The notes under the pieces are model-generated. The model was not told the DNA's origin and ran no database searches. It worked only from the letters and a program-made list of their open reading frames with translations. Positions 27,591 through 37,623 of a stretch of 64,000 nt of DNA are shown piece by piece. Positions within the stretch are counted from its first letter, which is position 1, and the number at the start of each line of letters is the position of its first letter. Position numbers and translations under genes: made by a program. The DNA lies in NCBI GenBank assembly GCA_965215505.1, contig OZ244065.1, positions 4,832,001 to 4,896,000 of the forward strand. Reading direction: 5' to 3'. This DNA comes from Capsulimonadaceae bacterium (GTDB lineage Bacteria; Armatimonadota; Armatimonadia; Armatimonadales; Capsulimonadaceae).

Positions 27591-28613
27591 ATGCGCTACG
27601 GCTACTGGATGCCCGTCTTCGGCGGCTGGCTGCGGAACGTGGAAGACGAGAACATGGCGGCGACCTGGGACTACGCCAAGCGGCTGGCCGTCCGCGCCGA
27701 GCAGATCGGGTTTGACCTGACGCTGATCGCCGAACTCAACCTGAACGACATCAAGGGCACGGACGCCCCCTGCCTGGATGCCTGGTCCACGGCGGCGGCC
27801 CTGGCCGCCGTCACCCACAAACAGGAATTGATGATCGCCGTCCGCCCCGCCTACCATGCCCCCGCCCTGCTCGCCAAGCAGGCCGCCAACATTGACAACA
27901 TCAGCGGCGGGCGGCTGTCCCTCAACGTCGTTTCCTCCTGGTGGGCCGACGAGGCGCGGCAGTACGGCGTGACGTTCGACCAGCACGAGAGCCGCTACGC
28001 CCGCACCGAGGAGTGGCTGGCCGTCGTCAATGGCCTGTGGACACAGGAACGGTTCACGCACTCGGGCGCGCTGTACCAGGTGGAAGACGCCATCTTGTCG
28101 CCCAAACCCGTCTCCAAACCGCGCCCGGTCGTCTACGCGGGCGGCGAGTCCGAGGCGGCGAAGGAACTCATCGCGCGCACCTGCGACGCCTACGTCATGC
28201 ACGGCGACCCGCCCGAAAGGGTGGGGGAAAAGATCGCCGACATGCGCGCCCGCCGGGAGCGACTAGGCCTGCCGCCGATGACCTACGGCGTAGCCGGCTA
28301 TGCCATCGTCCGCGACTCCGAAGCCGAGGCCGAGGCGGAGCGCGGGCGCATCACCGACGTGCAGCAGAACGCGGCGGGCTACTCCAACTACCAGCAGTGG
28401 CTGTCGGGAACGAAGCTCGAACAGCAGGTGTCGCTCGAAGACTACTCCGTCTCCAACCGGGGCCTGCGCTCGGGCCTGGTCGGGACGCCCGCCCAGGTTC
28501 AGGACCGCGTCGGCGCGTTTGAGGCCGTCGGCGTGGATCTATTGCTGCTCCAGTTCAGCCCGCAGTATGAGGAGATGGAGCGGTTCGGGGAGACGGTGAT
28601 CGGGGCGGTCTAG
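27591..28613 (+). CDS. LLM-class flavin-dependent monooxygenase (SsuD/SfnG-like)
   Basis: [50 protein letters not shown]. Confidence 0.9.
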   Translation: MRYGYWMPVFGGWLRNVEDENMAATWDYAKRLAVRAEQIGFDLTLIAELNLNDIKGTDAPCLDAWSTAAALAAVTHKQELMIAVRPAYHAPALLAKQAANIDNISGGRLSLNVVSSWWADEARQYGVTFDQHESRYARTEEWLAVVNGLWTQERFTHSGALYQVEDAILSPKPVSKPRPVVYAGGESEAAKELIARTCDAYVMHGDPPERVGEKIADMRARRERLGLPPMTYGVAGYAIVRDSEAEAEAERGRITDVQQNAAGYSNYQQWLSGTKLEQQVSLEDYSVSNRGLRSGLVGTPAQVQDRVGAFEAVGVDLLLLQFSPQYEEMERFGETVIGAV

Positions 28614-29293
28614 TTGCCTTTGCAGGCAGCCGCATTGTCCGGATCAGTGCAGAACCACTTGTCCGGCGGCGTCTGGCCGACGTAGAACTGCTCCATCCGC
28701 ATCGCCTTCTGGTGCCCGTCCATGAAGGCCACGTTGACCAGGCCATTGTGGCGCGCGGCGGGCCGGGCGTCGTACTGGTCGTTCATGTCAACGTCCGGCA
28801 CGTTCAGCTTGTAAGCGTCGGTGACGGGCGAGGTCAGATCGCTCGGGTTGCCGATCGTTCCCACCCCCAGTTCCCCCAGCATGATCGTATTGGAGGGGGA
28901 CTGGAACGCCGCCAGAGTCTGTACCGGGGCATGTGCGGGGTCCGTCAGGTCCGGGAAAGTCAGCTCGTCCAGGCCATACGAATTGGTCTTGTCCGTGCCA
29001 TCGGACGGACAGAGGCGAATCTGGCTGTTTTTGACGAACGAATTGATTATGTCAGGCCACAGGATCGTGTTCCCCGTGGTCAGGTCGGTCACCGCCGTAC
29101 CGGGATATGTCTCGTCATAGTCCTGCGTATACATCAGCACTCCCAGCGCGAGCTGCTTCTCATTAGAGCCGCATGAGGTGCGGCGGGCGTTCTCGCGGAC
29201 CTTCTGGAAGACCGGGAACAGGATGGCAGCCAGGACCGAGATGATGGCGATGACGACGAGCAGTTCGATCAGCGTAAAGGCACGGCGGCTCAT
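28610..29293 (-). CDS. Prepilin-type DUF1559 / H-X9-DG-CTERM protein
   Basis: [52 protein letters not shown]. Confidence 0.9.
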   Translation of the reverse strand: MSRRAFTLIELLVVIAIISVLAAILFPVFQKVRENARRTSCGSNEKQLALGVLMYTQDYDETYPGTAVTDLTTGNTILWPDIINSFVKNSQIRLCPSDGTDKTNSYGLDELTFPDLTDPAHAPVQTLAAFQSPSNTIMLGELGVGTIGNPSDLTSPVTDAYKLNVPDVDMNDQYDARPAARHNGLVNVAFMDGHQKAMRMEQFYVGQTPPDKWFCTDPDNAAACKGN

Positions 29294-29382
29294 TCTGGTC
29301 TCCTGATGAGAGTGACGACAATCACCGGCATATTGTTCGTGATTGTGGGTATTATGTTCCAGACATGACTAAGGAGGCGAAC

Positions 29383-29847
29383 ATGAACAAGCCACTCTCC
29401 CTGCTCCTCGCACTCGGCGTCGGCGTAGCCCTGAGCGGCTGCGGGAACACCCTGAATGGGGCGAAGCAGGACGCCGCCACCGACACACAGAAGACCCAGC
29501 AGGCGGCCTCGGACGCCGCCCAGACCACGAAGGATGCCGCCGACAAGGCCGCCCAAAGCACCAAAGCCGCCGCCGACAAAGCCGGTCAAGCCGTGGCAGC
29601 GGTGCCGGAGGATGCGGCGGCGAACACGGTGGTCCGGCCCGCCGTCAAGACCGCGATCATCCGCGACCCCGTTCTGGCCCAGCCCAGCAACCTGATCAAC
29701 GTCAACGCCGCCCCCATGGCGATCACCCTGACCGGCCACGTCACCGACGCCTCCATGAAGCAGCGCGCGACGGAGGACGCCCAGGTGGCTTTGAAGAAGC
29801 ACCCCGGCTATAAGCTGACAAACGACCTCGTCGTCGGCGGGCAGTAA
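29383..29847 (+). CDS. BON-domain lipoprotein
   Basis: AAGGAGG SD, lipobox LSGC, Ala/Lys/Thr-rich linker, ITLTGHV...NDLVV. Confidence 0.8.
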   Translation: MNKPLSLLLALGVGVALSGCGNTLNGAKQDAATDTQKTQQAASDAAQTTKDAADKAAQSTKAAADKAGQAVAAVPEDAAANTVVRPAVKTAIIRDPVLAQPSNLINVNAAPMAITLTGHVTDASMKQRATEDAQVALKKHPGYKLTNDLVVGGQ

Positions 29848-29848
29848 A

Positions 29849-30778
29849 ATGAGCGACGCCGCGCAGGAGCATCTGGCGAGCGCCATGGCCCTAGCGACAG
29901 CCGGGCGGCAGGATGAGGCCGAGGCGGAATACCGCGCCGCCCTGTGCCTGTCGCCCGATCAGGCGGGCGCACACTTCGGCCTGGGCTGTCTGCTCCTGCG
30001 TCAGCAAAAGTCGGAGCAAGCGGTTGTCGAGTTCCGTGCGGCCGTCCGTTCTGACCCGCACCTGCGGGGCGCCTTCAGCATGCTCGGACAAGCGCTCAAG
30101 CGAGTCGGTCGCCACGACGAGGCCGTCGCCGCTTATCGGGCGGAACTGGAGTTCGAGCCGCAGTGCGCGCCGGTCTACTCCAACATCGGCCTCGCCTACC
30201 AGGCAAAGGGGGACCTCTTCATGGCCGTCGCTCACTTCCGCAAGGCGATCGAGTTTAACCCCGAATACGCGACCGCCCATGTCAACCTGGGCAGCGCGCT
30301 TCTCCTGCAAGGCGATACCGATGCCGCCATCGCGGAACAGCGCGAGGCGGTGCGCCTGGACCCGACATTTGCGAAAGCTTACTTCAGCCTCGGCAATGCC
30401 CTGAGCTGTCAGGAAGACTGCGAACCCGCCCTGGGGGCGTTCCATGAGGCTGTCCGACTTGCCCCACAGGTGGCGGTGGCCCACAGCCGCCTCGCCGACC
30501 TCCTTGCGGCTGCGGGGAGGCAGGATGAGGCCATCGCCGAGTACCGGCAGGCCATCCGCCTTGACCCGGAGTACGCACAGGCCTGGGTGAGCCTGGGCGC
30601 CAACCTTTTCCTGCGGGCGGCGGCCGAGGCATCCCCCCACGCGGCAGAGGCCGCGAAAGAAGCATTCGAACAGGCCCTGAAACTCGACCCACAGAACCAG
30701 GACGCAGTCGCGCTGCTGCACGATGTCAACAAAGCCTTGCGGCCAAAGATCAAATTCCCGTGGCCCAGGCGGAAGTGA
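29849..30778 (+). CDS. Tetratricopeptide repeat protein
   Basis: About eight 34-aa repeats (AH.NLG...A...A..L.P). Confidence 0.92.
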   Translation: MSDAAQEHLASAMALATAGRQDEAEAEYRAALCLSPDQAGAHFGLGCLLLRQQKSEQAVVEFRAAVRSDPHLRGAFSMLGQALKRVGRHDEAVAAYRAELEFEPQCAPVYSNIGLAYQAKGDLFMAVAHFRKAIEFNPEYATAHVNLGSALLLQGDTDAAIAEQREAVRLDPTFAKAYFSLGNALSCQEDCEPALGAFHEAVRLAPQVAVAHSRLADLLAAAGRQDEAIAEYRQAIRLDPEYAQAWVSLGANLFLRAAAEASPHAAEAAKEAFEQALKLDPQNQDAVALLHDVNKALRPKIKFPWPRRK

Positions 30779-30796
30779 ACACTTAGGACCTCGCGC

Positions 30797-32347
30797 ATGA
30801 CCTACCTCCTCCTGCCCGGCCGGCAGATCGTCAACACGCGCTACCAGGAAGAATACCTGAGCCGCATCCTGGGCCGCGACCTCGCCGCCCTCCCCGAAAT
30901 GCTCGGGGACGCGCCCGCCGGGAAGGTGACGGCCCTGGTCTTCGCCGTCACCTCCTGCAACCGCAGCAACAGCCGGTACAACCCGCTGCCGTTCGAGACG
31001 CGGGCCATTCTTGTCTATGAGTTTGCCCGGCGGCTCAAGGCCGACTTCGGCGTGGACTTCCATGTTCTCGGCATCCCGCACTATCCGCCTTCGGAAAAGT
31101 TCGCCGGGCTGGTGCTGAAAGAGGCCGCCGAGCAGACGGAAGGGCGGCTGACGCTGACGCCCGGTAACACGGTTGTGTTCTCCTCCACGCCGCCGCTCAT
31201 CGCCGACTACCGGGGCCTCGGCTTCGCGGTCCTGCCCGGCGAATATGACCCGGACACGAAGACGTTCAGCCAGCCGACACCCAACGTCATCGTCCGGCAG
31301 ATCGGCGAGGAGACGGCCCCGCTCGAAGAGGTCCCCCTGAGCAACAGCACGCGGACCGTCTTCCGGGACTTCCCCGACGCATTGACCCAGATACGGCGTC
31401 TGTTCCATGACCCCATCCTGACCGAGCAGGGCGACCTGACCGAGACGCGCAACTACAGCACCTACACGCGGGACATGGCCGGGGCGATTGACCTCAAATA
31501 CGACGAGATCAGTCCCTTCCTGCGGCCCGGCAAGATCGTGGACGAGGGCTGCGCGGACGGTGCCCTGCTCCAGCGCGTCGCGCACGACTTCCCGGACAGC
31601 GACCTGATCGGCGTGGACCTGTCGGCGGAGATGCTGGCACGCGCACGCGAATCCCAGCGGGCGGGGGCCTTCGGCGGTGCGTTCGTCTTCTTCAAGCAGC
31701 AGAACCTGATGACGCCGGTTTCGGAGGCCCAGGCGGACCGGGCCGACACGATCATCTGCAACTCCACCCTGCACGAGCTGTGGAGCTACGGGGCGGGCGA
31801 CGAAACCGCCCGCGCCTACCTGCACGGCAAGCGTCGCCAGCTCCGGCCCGGCGGCTGCCTGGTCATCCGCGACGTGGTCGGTCCCGATGACAAGGACCGG
31901 CTGGTCCTGCTGGAATGCCTCGCCGACGACGGGCTGGCCGAAGACGACGGCGCGGCCCCGGTCGCTTCTCTCTCCACGCTGGCCCGCTTCAAACGCTTCC
32001 GCCGCGACTTCCGCCCGCATGAGCCTCACCCGGACGCCCAGCCGGTGACGCAGGAGGGCCGCACGCTTTTCCGCCTGCCACTGGGCTACGCCATGGAATT
32101 CGTCGCCAAGATGGACTACGCCGACAACTGGCTGTCCGAGATGCACGAGGCATTCTGCTTCTGGAGCTTCGCCGACTGGACGCGCGAACTTGCCGACGCG
32201 GGCCTGACCGTCCTGCCCGGCTCCCACGCCTACGTCAACGAGTGGCGCGTTCAGCACTCGTTCCAGAAGCGCGTCCGCCTGTATGACCTGGGCGGAACGC
32301 CGCTGCCCTTCCCCGTCACGAACATGGTGCTGGCGGCGGAGAAATGA
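30797..32347 (+). CDS. Class I SAM methyltransferase fused to an N-terminal nucleotidyltransferase-like domain
   Basis: C-terminal half IVDEGCADG, IGVDLS, STLHEL, LRPGGCLVIRD. N-terminal half PGR...VFAVTS.N.SNSRYNPLPFETR resembles the NMNAT/cytidylyltransferase fold. Confidence 0.7.
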   Translation: MTYLLLPGRQIVNTRYQEEYLSRILGRDLAALPEMLGDAPAGKVTALVFAVTSCNRSNSRYNPLPFETRAILVYEFARRLKADFGVDFHVLGIPHYPPSEKFAGLVLKEAAEQTEGRLTLTPGNTVVFSSTPPLIADYRGLGFAVLPGEYDPDTKTFSQPTPNVIVRQIGEETAPLEEVPLSNSTRTVFRDFPDALTQIRRLFHDPILTEQGDLTETRNYSTYTRDMAGAIDLKYDEISPFLRPGKIVDEGCADGALLQRVAHDFPDSDLIGVDLSAEMLARARESQRAGAFGGAFVFFKQQNLMTPVSEAQADRADTIICNSTLHELWSYGAGDETARAYLHGKRRQLRPGGCLVIRDVVGPDDKDRLVLLECLADDGLAEDDGAAPVASLSTLARFKRFRRDFRPHEPHPDAQPVTQEGRTLFRLPLGYAMEFVAKMDYADNWLSEMHEAFCFWSFADWTRELADAGLTVLPGSHAYVNEWRVQHSFQKRVRLYDLGGTPLPFPVTNMVLAAEK

Positions 32348-35322
32348 TAACCCAAATGATACCCATGCGCTACGCCGCGCTTCCCATTTGCCTTGCCGCC
32401 TGTGCGCTCCTCCCTCACGCGGCACACGCCCAGACGCCCACCGCGCCGCTCGCCGTAATCGTCAAGATGGACCGGCCCCTGCTGTTCGCCTACGGGACCT
32501 GGGACAAGAAGGCGCACGTCGAGAACGGCGCGGCTTTGCTGGATGCCGACGGCATGACGCCGAAGGGCGGTGCGGGCGTCAATCTGGAACCCGTCCTCGA
32601 CCTACACGCCGAGGCCGATGACAGCCCCGCCCTGCGCCTCCGGGTCGGCCCGCGCAACACGCTCAAGACGCTGAAGCTGATGCTGAACGACACGCAGGGG
32701 CATTCGGGGACGTGGCAGTTCGCGTTAAGCGCCGCCCCAGGCGGCTTTGTGGTCGTGACGCCCGCCGATGGCGCTCCGTTTGCAAAGCCCAATGAGAATG
32801 GCAAAACCGGCCCGCCTGACCTGTCCCACATCATGCAGTGGCAGCTCTTGGGCGACTGGGGCGGGGATGGGCCGGTGGACGTGCAGGTGGGCGCGATCCT
32901 CGCCGTTGCGCCCGACGCCGCTATCACGCAGGCGCGGCAGGCTCTAGCCCGGATGGACGCCGACGCACGAGCGCAGGCCGCGAAAGACCGGCAGGCCGCC
33001 CGCGCGAAGTACGGCAAGGTCAGCGCGCTGTCGCCCGTGGTCGAGGCCGTCTATGCCGCCGCTCCGGACGTGCTGGCCTTGCAGGTCCACACAGGCAAGA
33101 TCACGCCCGCGCACCTCAGCGCCTATGTCCCCCGGCCGGGCGATGTGCAGAAGAAGGGCGACAATGCGGTCCTGCTGGTGCGCGGCGGGTCGGAGGTCGG
33201 CTACCTCATCGGGCCGAAGCACGACGGCCTGGACACGCCGGAGGGCTTCGTGGGTGACCCGCTGCTCACCGCCGAGGCCGACGACCCCGCCAACTACGCC
33301 GTTCGGTCCGCTGACGATCCCGCCTACGCCGAGGCCGTCCGCCCGCTGGCCGTGCATCGCAAGTCCAAACCCGATGACTGGCAGCAGCCCAAGAGGGCGG
33401 GCCTGACCTGGCGGCACGTCGTCTACCTCAGCCTGCCCAGACCGCTGACGCCCGGTAGGACTTACACGGTGACGATAGGGAACGTCAACGTCCGGACGCC
33501 CGCCGCCACTCTGAACTTTGACCCGGCGAAGGCCTGGAGCGAGGCCGTCCACGTCAACCAGGTCGGCTTCCGGCCTGATGACCCGCGCAAGCGCGCCTTT
33601 CTGTCGCTCTGGATGGGCGACGGCGGCGGGTACGACTTCGCCCCCGGCCTCGGATTTCATTTGGTCGCCGAGGCGACCGGGAAGAGCGTCTACACCGGGC
33701 GGGTGGGGGAAGCCTGGGCATCGGACAAGCCTGAGAAGATGCACACGACGCGCAATTTCAACGGCACCTCGGTCGCCCCGCTGGACTTCTCCGACTTCCA
33801 CACGCCGGGCCGCTACCGCCTCGTTGTGGACGGCGTCGGCTGTTCCTATCCCTTCGAGATCGGCCCCGACGCTTGGGCCAAAGCCTTCCAGGTCCAGATA
33901 AAGGGCTTCTACAACCAGCGCAGCGGCATTGCCCTCGGCCCGCCCTATACCAGCTTCATCCGGCCCGCAGACTTCCACCCCGGCGTCCCGGACACCGTGC
34001 CCGTCACGCAGTCTACCTACTCCATCCTGGACGGCGGCGACCCGCAAAAGGACCTGGCGAAAGGCGACACCGGCCGGCCCGTGCCCGAGGCCTGGGGCGG
34101 CTACCACGACGCCGGGGACTGGAACCCGCGCCGCATCACGCACATGCGGACGACGACCTTCTGGCAGCTACAGCTCCTGGAACTGTTCCCTGCCTACTTC
34201 AAGACGCTGCCGCTGCAAATCCCGAAGGACACGCCCGCGCCGGACCTGCTGAACGAGTGCCGGTTTGAGTTGTCCCTGTTCCACCGACTCCAGAAGCCTG
34301 ACGGCGGCGTCCCGTTCGGCATCGAGACCAACGGCGACCCCATAGACGGAGAGGTGAGCTGGAAACAATCAATGCCCGCCTACGTCTACGCCCCCGATGT
34401 GCAGTCGTCCTACCTCTATGCCGCCGTCGCCGCCCGCATGGCCCGCGTCCTCGCGCCGTACAGCCCCGCCGAGGCCAAGACATACCGCGCGAGCGCCTTG
34501 AAAGCCATCGCCTGGGCCGAGGCAGACAGGGTGAAGCGGCAGTCAAGTGGGACGTGGGCCAAATTACCCGCCGAAGTCACCGATGACCGCAACCTTGCCG
34601 CCGTCGCGGTTTACACGCTGACGCACGACAAGCATTGGCACGATGTCTTCCTTGAAGACACCCCGCTCAAAACTGTGCCTGCGCCGCCCTTCTACGGCAG
34701 CTTGGAGCGCCGTGATGCCGCCTTTGCGTATGCCCTCCTGCCCGCCACACTAGCCGATCCCGCGCTTAAAAAAGCCGCCCTCACCGCCCTGCTCGCCGAT
34801 GCCGACGGCGCTCTCGCCTATCAGCAGAACAACGCCTGGGGCATCGCCTCGGACGACCCCGGCAAGCCGCAGTTCCTCGGCTTCTACAGCACCCCGCACG
34901 GCGCGGTCTCGCTCCTGCGCGCCTACCACCTGACCCACAATGCCAAGTACCTGGCGGGTGCCGTTCAGGCGTGCCTCTTCCCCGCCGGCGCGAACCCCGC
35001 CAACCTGGTCTACACCTCGGGGGTGGGCGCGAACCCCGTCCGCCATCCCCTGAACCTGGACAGCCGCCTGACCGGCCAGCCCGCCCCCGCCGGCCTGACC
35101 GTCTACGGCAACGTGGACCTCACCCGGTGGGGCGACCAGAACTGGATCACCTGGCCCATCACCTACTACTTCGGCGCGCTCTCCGACCCCAACCCGCTCC
35201 AATGGCCGACAAGCGAGGCCTACTTCGACGTCTTCTTCATGCCCGGCCTCGACGAGTTCACCATGGACCAGACCATGGGGCCGAACGCCTACGTCTGGGG
35301 CTATCTGGCGGCGCGGAAGTAG
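32344..35322 (+). CDS. Secreted glycoside hydrolase family 9 (Ig-like + catalytic) with extra N-terminal domain
   Basis: VHVNQVGF, DFSDF..PGRY, GFYNQRSG, GGYHDAGD and C-terminal D...EFT. Signal peptide. Start may be 32356 or 32365. Confidence 0.85.
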   Translation: MITQMIPMRYAALPICLAACALLPHAAHAQTPTAPLAVIVKMDRPLLFAYGTWDKKAHVENGAALLDADGMTPKGGAGVNLEPVLDLHAEADDSPALRLRVGPRNTLKTLKLMLNDTQGHSGTWQFALSAAPGGFVVVTPADGAPFAKPNENGKTGPPDLSHIMQWQLLGDWGGDGPVDVQVGAILAVAPDAAITQARQALARMDADARAQAAKDRQAARAKYGKVSALSPVVEAVYAAAPDVLALQVHTGKITPAHLSAYVPRPGDVQKKGDNAVLLVRGGSEVGYLIGPKHDGLDTPEGFVGDPLLTAEADDPANYAVRSADDPAYAEAVRPLAVHRKSKPDDWQQPKRAGLTWRHVVYLSLPRPLTPGRTYTVTIGNVNVRTPAATLNFDPAKAWSEAVHVNQVGFRPDDPRKRAFLSLWMGDGGGYDFAPGLGFHLVAEATGKSVYTGRVGEAWASDKPEKMHTTRNFNGTSVAPLDFSDFHTPGRYRLVVDGVGCSYPFEIGPDAWAKAFQVQIKGFYNQRSGIALGPPYTSFIRPADFHPGVPDTVPVTQSTYSILDGGDPQKDLAKGDTGRPVPEAWGGYHDAGDWNPRRITHMRTTTFWQLQLLELFPAYFKTLPLQIPKDTPAPDLLNECRFELSLFHRLQKPDGGVPFGIETNGDPIDGEVSWKQSMPAYVYAPDVQSSYLYAAVAARMARVLAPYSPAEAKTYRASALKAIAWAEADRVKRQSSGTWAKLPAEVTDDRNLAAVAVYTLTHDKHWHDVFLEDTPLKTVPAPPFYGSLERRDAAFAYALLPATLADPALKKAALTALLADADGALAYQQNNAWGIASDDPGKPQFLGFYSTPHGAVSLLRAYHLTHNAKYLAGAVQACLFPAGANPANLVYTSGVGANPVRHPLNLDSRLTGQPAPAGLTVYGNVDLTRWGDQNWITWPITYYFGALSDPNPLQWPTSEAYFDVFFMPGLDEFTMDQTMGPNAYVWGYLAARK

Positions 35323-35328
35323 CATGAT

Positions 35329-35405
35329 GGCGGGGGACCCCGCCTCTACGGAGTACGGCGGGGCGTTATGGTAGGTCTTTGTAGGGGCGGGGTCCCCCCG
35401 CCCTC
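35329..35405. repeat. Two oppositely oriented GTAG REPs between convergent GH9 and M60 genes
   Basis: ggcgggggaccccgcctCTAC (35329-35349) and GTAGgggcggggtccccccgccctc (35381-35405). The second is identical to 1428-1452. Confidence 0.8.
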
Positions 35406-35429
35406 CTTCTTATCGTCTGGAACTCTGGT

Positions 35430-37574
35430 CTACCGCCCCGCGCTCGGAAAATCTGCCGGCATCCACGCCGCCAGCCCTGCGACCGAGGCCCGCGCCTCCG
35501 GCGTCGTCGGCACACCCCAAGCCTGGAAGAAGGGGCCTAAGTTGCGGCCCGAGGCCCGCGAGAAGCGCACCATCCACTGGTCGCGCTTCTCCTGGTCGGT
35601 CTTGGGCCGTTCCCCTTCCGGCAGGCGGCGGTACTCGGCGAAGACTTTCTTATAGGTATCCCAGCCGAAGCCCTGCTGCAACTCGATGTATAGGGTCAGG
35701 GCCAGAAACGGGTCGGACTTCCACTGGTCGTACTTCGCGCCGCCGTCCACATACTTCTGGAGCCGTGCCTGCCGCGCCGCCGGCTCGATGGCCGGGTGCG
35801 TGTGGGCCGTGACGCCGCAGATGGTGTCTAAAATGTAGAGCGCGAAGACGTTGTTGGTCACCTCGCCGGTGCCGTCAAACGTCCAGTCGGACTGCTGGTG
35901 GTTGTGGCCCATCTCGTGGAAGAAGCCCCAGGATTTCGTCTTGCCGTCCCCGTTCGTCAGGATGACGTGTGTGCTGACGAAATCGGAGGCAACATCTAAG
36001 CCCGTCATGATTGGGTAGCCGCTGTGCATGTACCCCGCGCTGATCTGCCTGTCGGTGCAGTAGCGTTCCGGGCGCGGGCGGCGGCGGGGGATGCCGGCGA
36101 AGTCTGCGTAGCCGTCCAGTATCCGGTCCCAGAGCGTCATCAAGGCCTCGGGGTCGTCCAGGTCCCGGACGACACGCGACGGCAGAGTTAGGATGACGCT
36201 GTTCCCCTGGAGTTCCGCCCACGGCGCGGGCGCATGCCGAATGGTCTGCCGCCACTGCGTCAGGTCCGTCTGCCCGCGCACGAATAGGGGTGCCTCGACC
36301 GCATGGGCGATGGTGACGGAGACGACGCCGGCCTTGCAGCCGGGCGGGACGACGACATAGACCGGCCCGCCGAAGGCGTTCGCGGCCGGCGTATCGGCTG
36401 CCCGGATGGGAAAGGCGCGCGTGATCTCCGGCGCGCGCTCCCACTTCGCGAGCTGCCAGAGCGGGTCCGTGTGCGCGCCGATGCGGACCTGCAAGCCCAG
36501 CCGGGCGGCGTCGGCAGGGACCGTCACTGTGATTGTCTCGCCCGGCGCGGCGTACAGGCCCGTGCTGTGCCAGTCGGGGATGCTGGTATCAAGCACCACC
36601 GTGCGTGTGACGCGCGGGGCCGTGTCCGGCACCAGACCGGGGAACGTGGCGGCGGCGGGGAGCGCCCGCACCTGGTCGGTGGGCAAGTGCATCGCCCTCT
36701 GGACCTCCAATGTCAGCAGTAGCCGTTCCAGCGGCTGGGCCTGCGTGATCGGCTGCTGCAACGCCAGCAGAGTAGTTTCCACCGCCTGCGGCATCCCATC
36801 CCCGACGCCTGCCAACACTGTGTCTAAAGCCGTCGAGGCATTATAGACGGTGCCGGGCGGTATCCCCGCAACGTAGCCCTGCGCCGAAGTGCGGTCCAAA
36901 GTGCCGTCCGCCCAGAGCAGACCCGCCGGTCTGAGGAGCCGGTCACCGCCGTGCTGCGTCAAGTTCTTGCCGGGGTTGAGCTGGAGCCAGCCCCAGCCGA
37001 GTTCCGCCGCCAATAGGCCGCCCCCGCCGCGCGTATATCGGCCCAGGGCGGCGGTCTCCGCCGGTGCAAGGTCCGCCAGCGGGCACGAGACGACGGCATC
37101 GGCCCCCATCCTAGCCGTCCACCCCGCCCCGTCCAGCGAGTCCACGGCGACCTGATGCGCGCGCAGGAAGGCTGCTAGTTCGGGCCGGTTCCGGACGCCC
37201 ACGCGCAGCACCCGTCCCGGACGGGCCAGCCAATGCACCGCGTTCAGGACGAGTACGCCGGTGTCTGCCGTCTCCAGCGCCTCCTTGTCCAGATAGCTCG
37301 GGTGGCCGAAGGCAACGACTTTCCCCTGACCCAGCCGGCTCGCCGCGACGACCGGCGCGGACAGCCCCTTGCCGACGCGCCCGACGACCACAGCGAACGC
37401 CCGCGGGCCGAAGACGGCGACCGGTCCGGGCAGGCCCGGCGCGGCGACCTCCGCCACCCCCAGCCGCAGCGCCGCCTGATCCGCGCCCTGCGCCCATGCC
37501 CCGCAGTGGCTCATGGCCCATGCCAGGCCGAACGCCGACAGCCCCGTCCGTGCCACTCGCCCCATGTTCAACAT
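35430..37574 (-). CDS. M60/enhancin-like metallopeptidase
   Basis: WHSTGLYAAPG, PWAEL, GYMHSGYP, WGFFHEMGHNHQ, GEVTNN. Signal-like N-terminus. Confidence 0.9.
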   Translation of the reverse strand: MLNMGRVARTGLSAFGLAWAMSHCGAWAQGADQAALRLGVAEVAAPGLPGPVAVFGPRAFAVVVGRVGKGLSAPVVAASRLGQGKVVAFGHPSYLDKEALETADTGVLVLNAVHWLARPGRVLRVGVRNRPELAAFLRAHQVAVDSLDGAGWTARMGADAVVSCPLADLAPAETAALGRYTRGGGGLLAAELGWGWLQLNPGKNLTQHGGDRLLRPAGLLWADGTLDRTSAQGYVAGIPPGTVYNASTALDTVLAGVGDGMPQAVETTLLALQQPITQAQPLERLLLTLEVQRAMHLPTDQVRALPAAATFPGLVPDTAPRVTRTVVLDTSIPDWHSTGLYAAPGETITVTVPADAARLGLQVRIGAHTDPLWQLAKWERAPEITRAFPIRAADTPAANAFGGPVYVVVPPGCKAGVVSVTIAHAVEAPLFVRGQTDLTQWRQTIRHAPAPWAELQGNSVILTLPSRVVRDLDDPEALMTLWDRILDGYADFAGIPRRRPRPERYCTDRQISAGYMHSGYPIMTGLDVASDFVSTHVILTNGDGKTKSWGFFHEMGHNHQQSDWTFDGTGEVTNNVFALYILDTICGVTAHTHPAIEPAARQARLQKYVDGGAKYDQWKSDPFLALTLYIELQQGFGWDTYKKVFAEYRRLPEGERPKTDQEKRDQWMVRFSRASGRNLGPFFQAWGVPTTPEARASVAGLAAWMPADFPSAGR

Positions 37575-37623
37575 CGCGTATGCCCCCTGATGCGAGTATA
37601 ATACCTCCAATGAGTACAGACCG

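Noticed and set aside
29891-32425. 844-aa minus-strand ORF
   Set aside because: Antisense shadow of the TPR and methyltransferase genes. High-GC codon bias suppresses stops, and it has no motifs.
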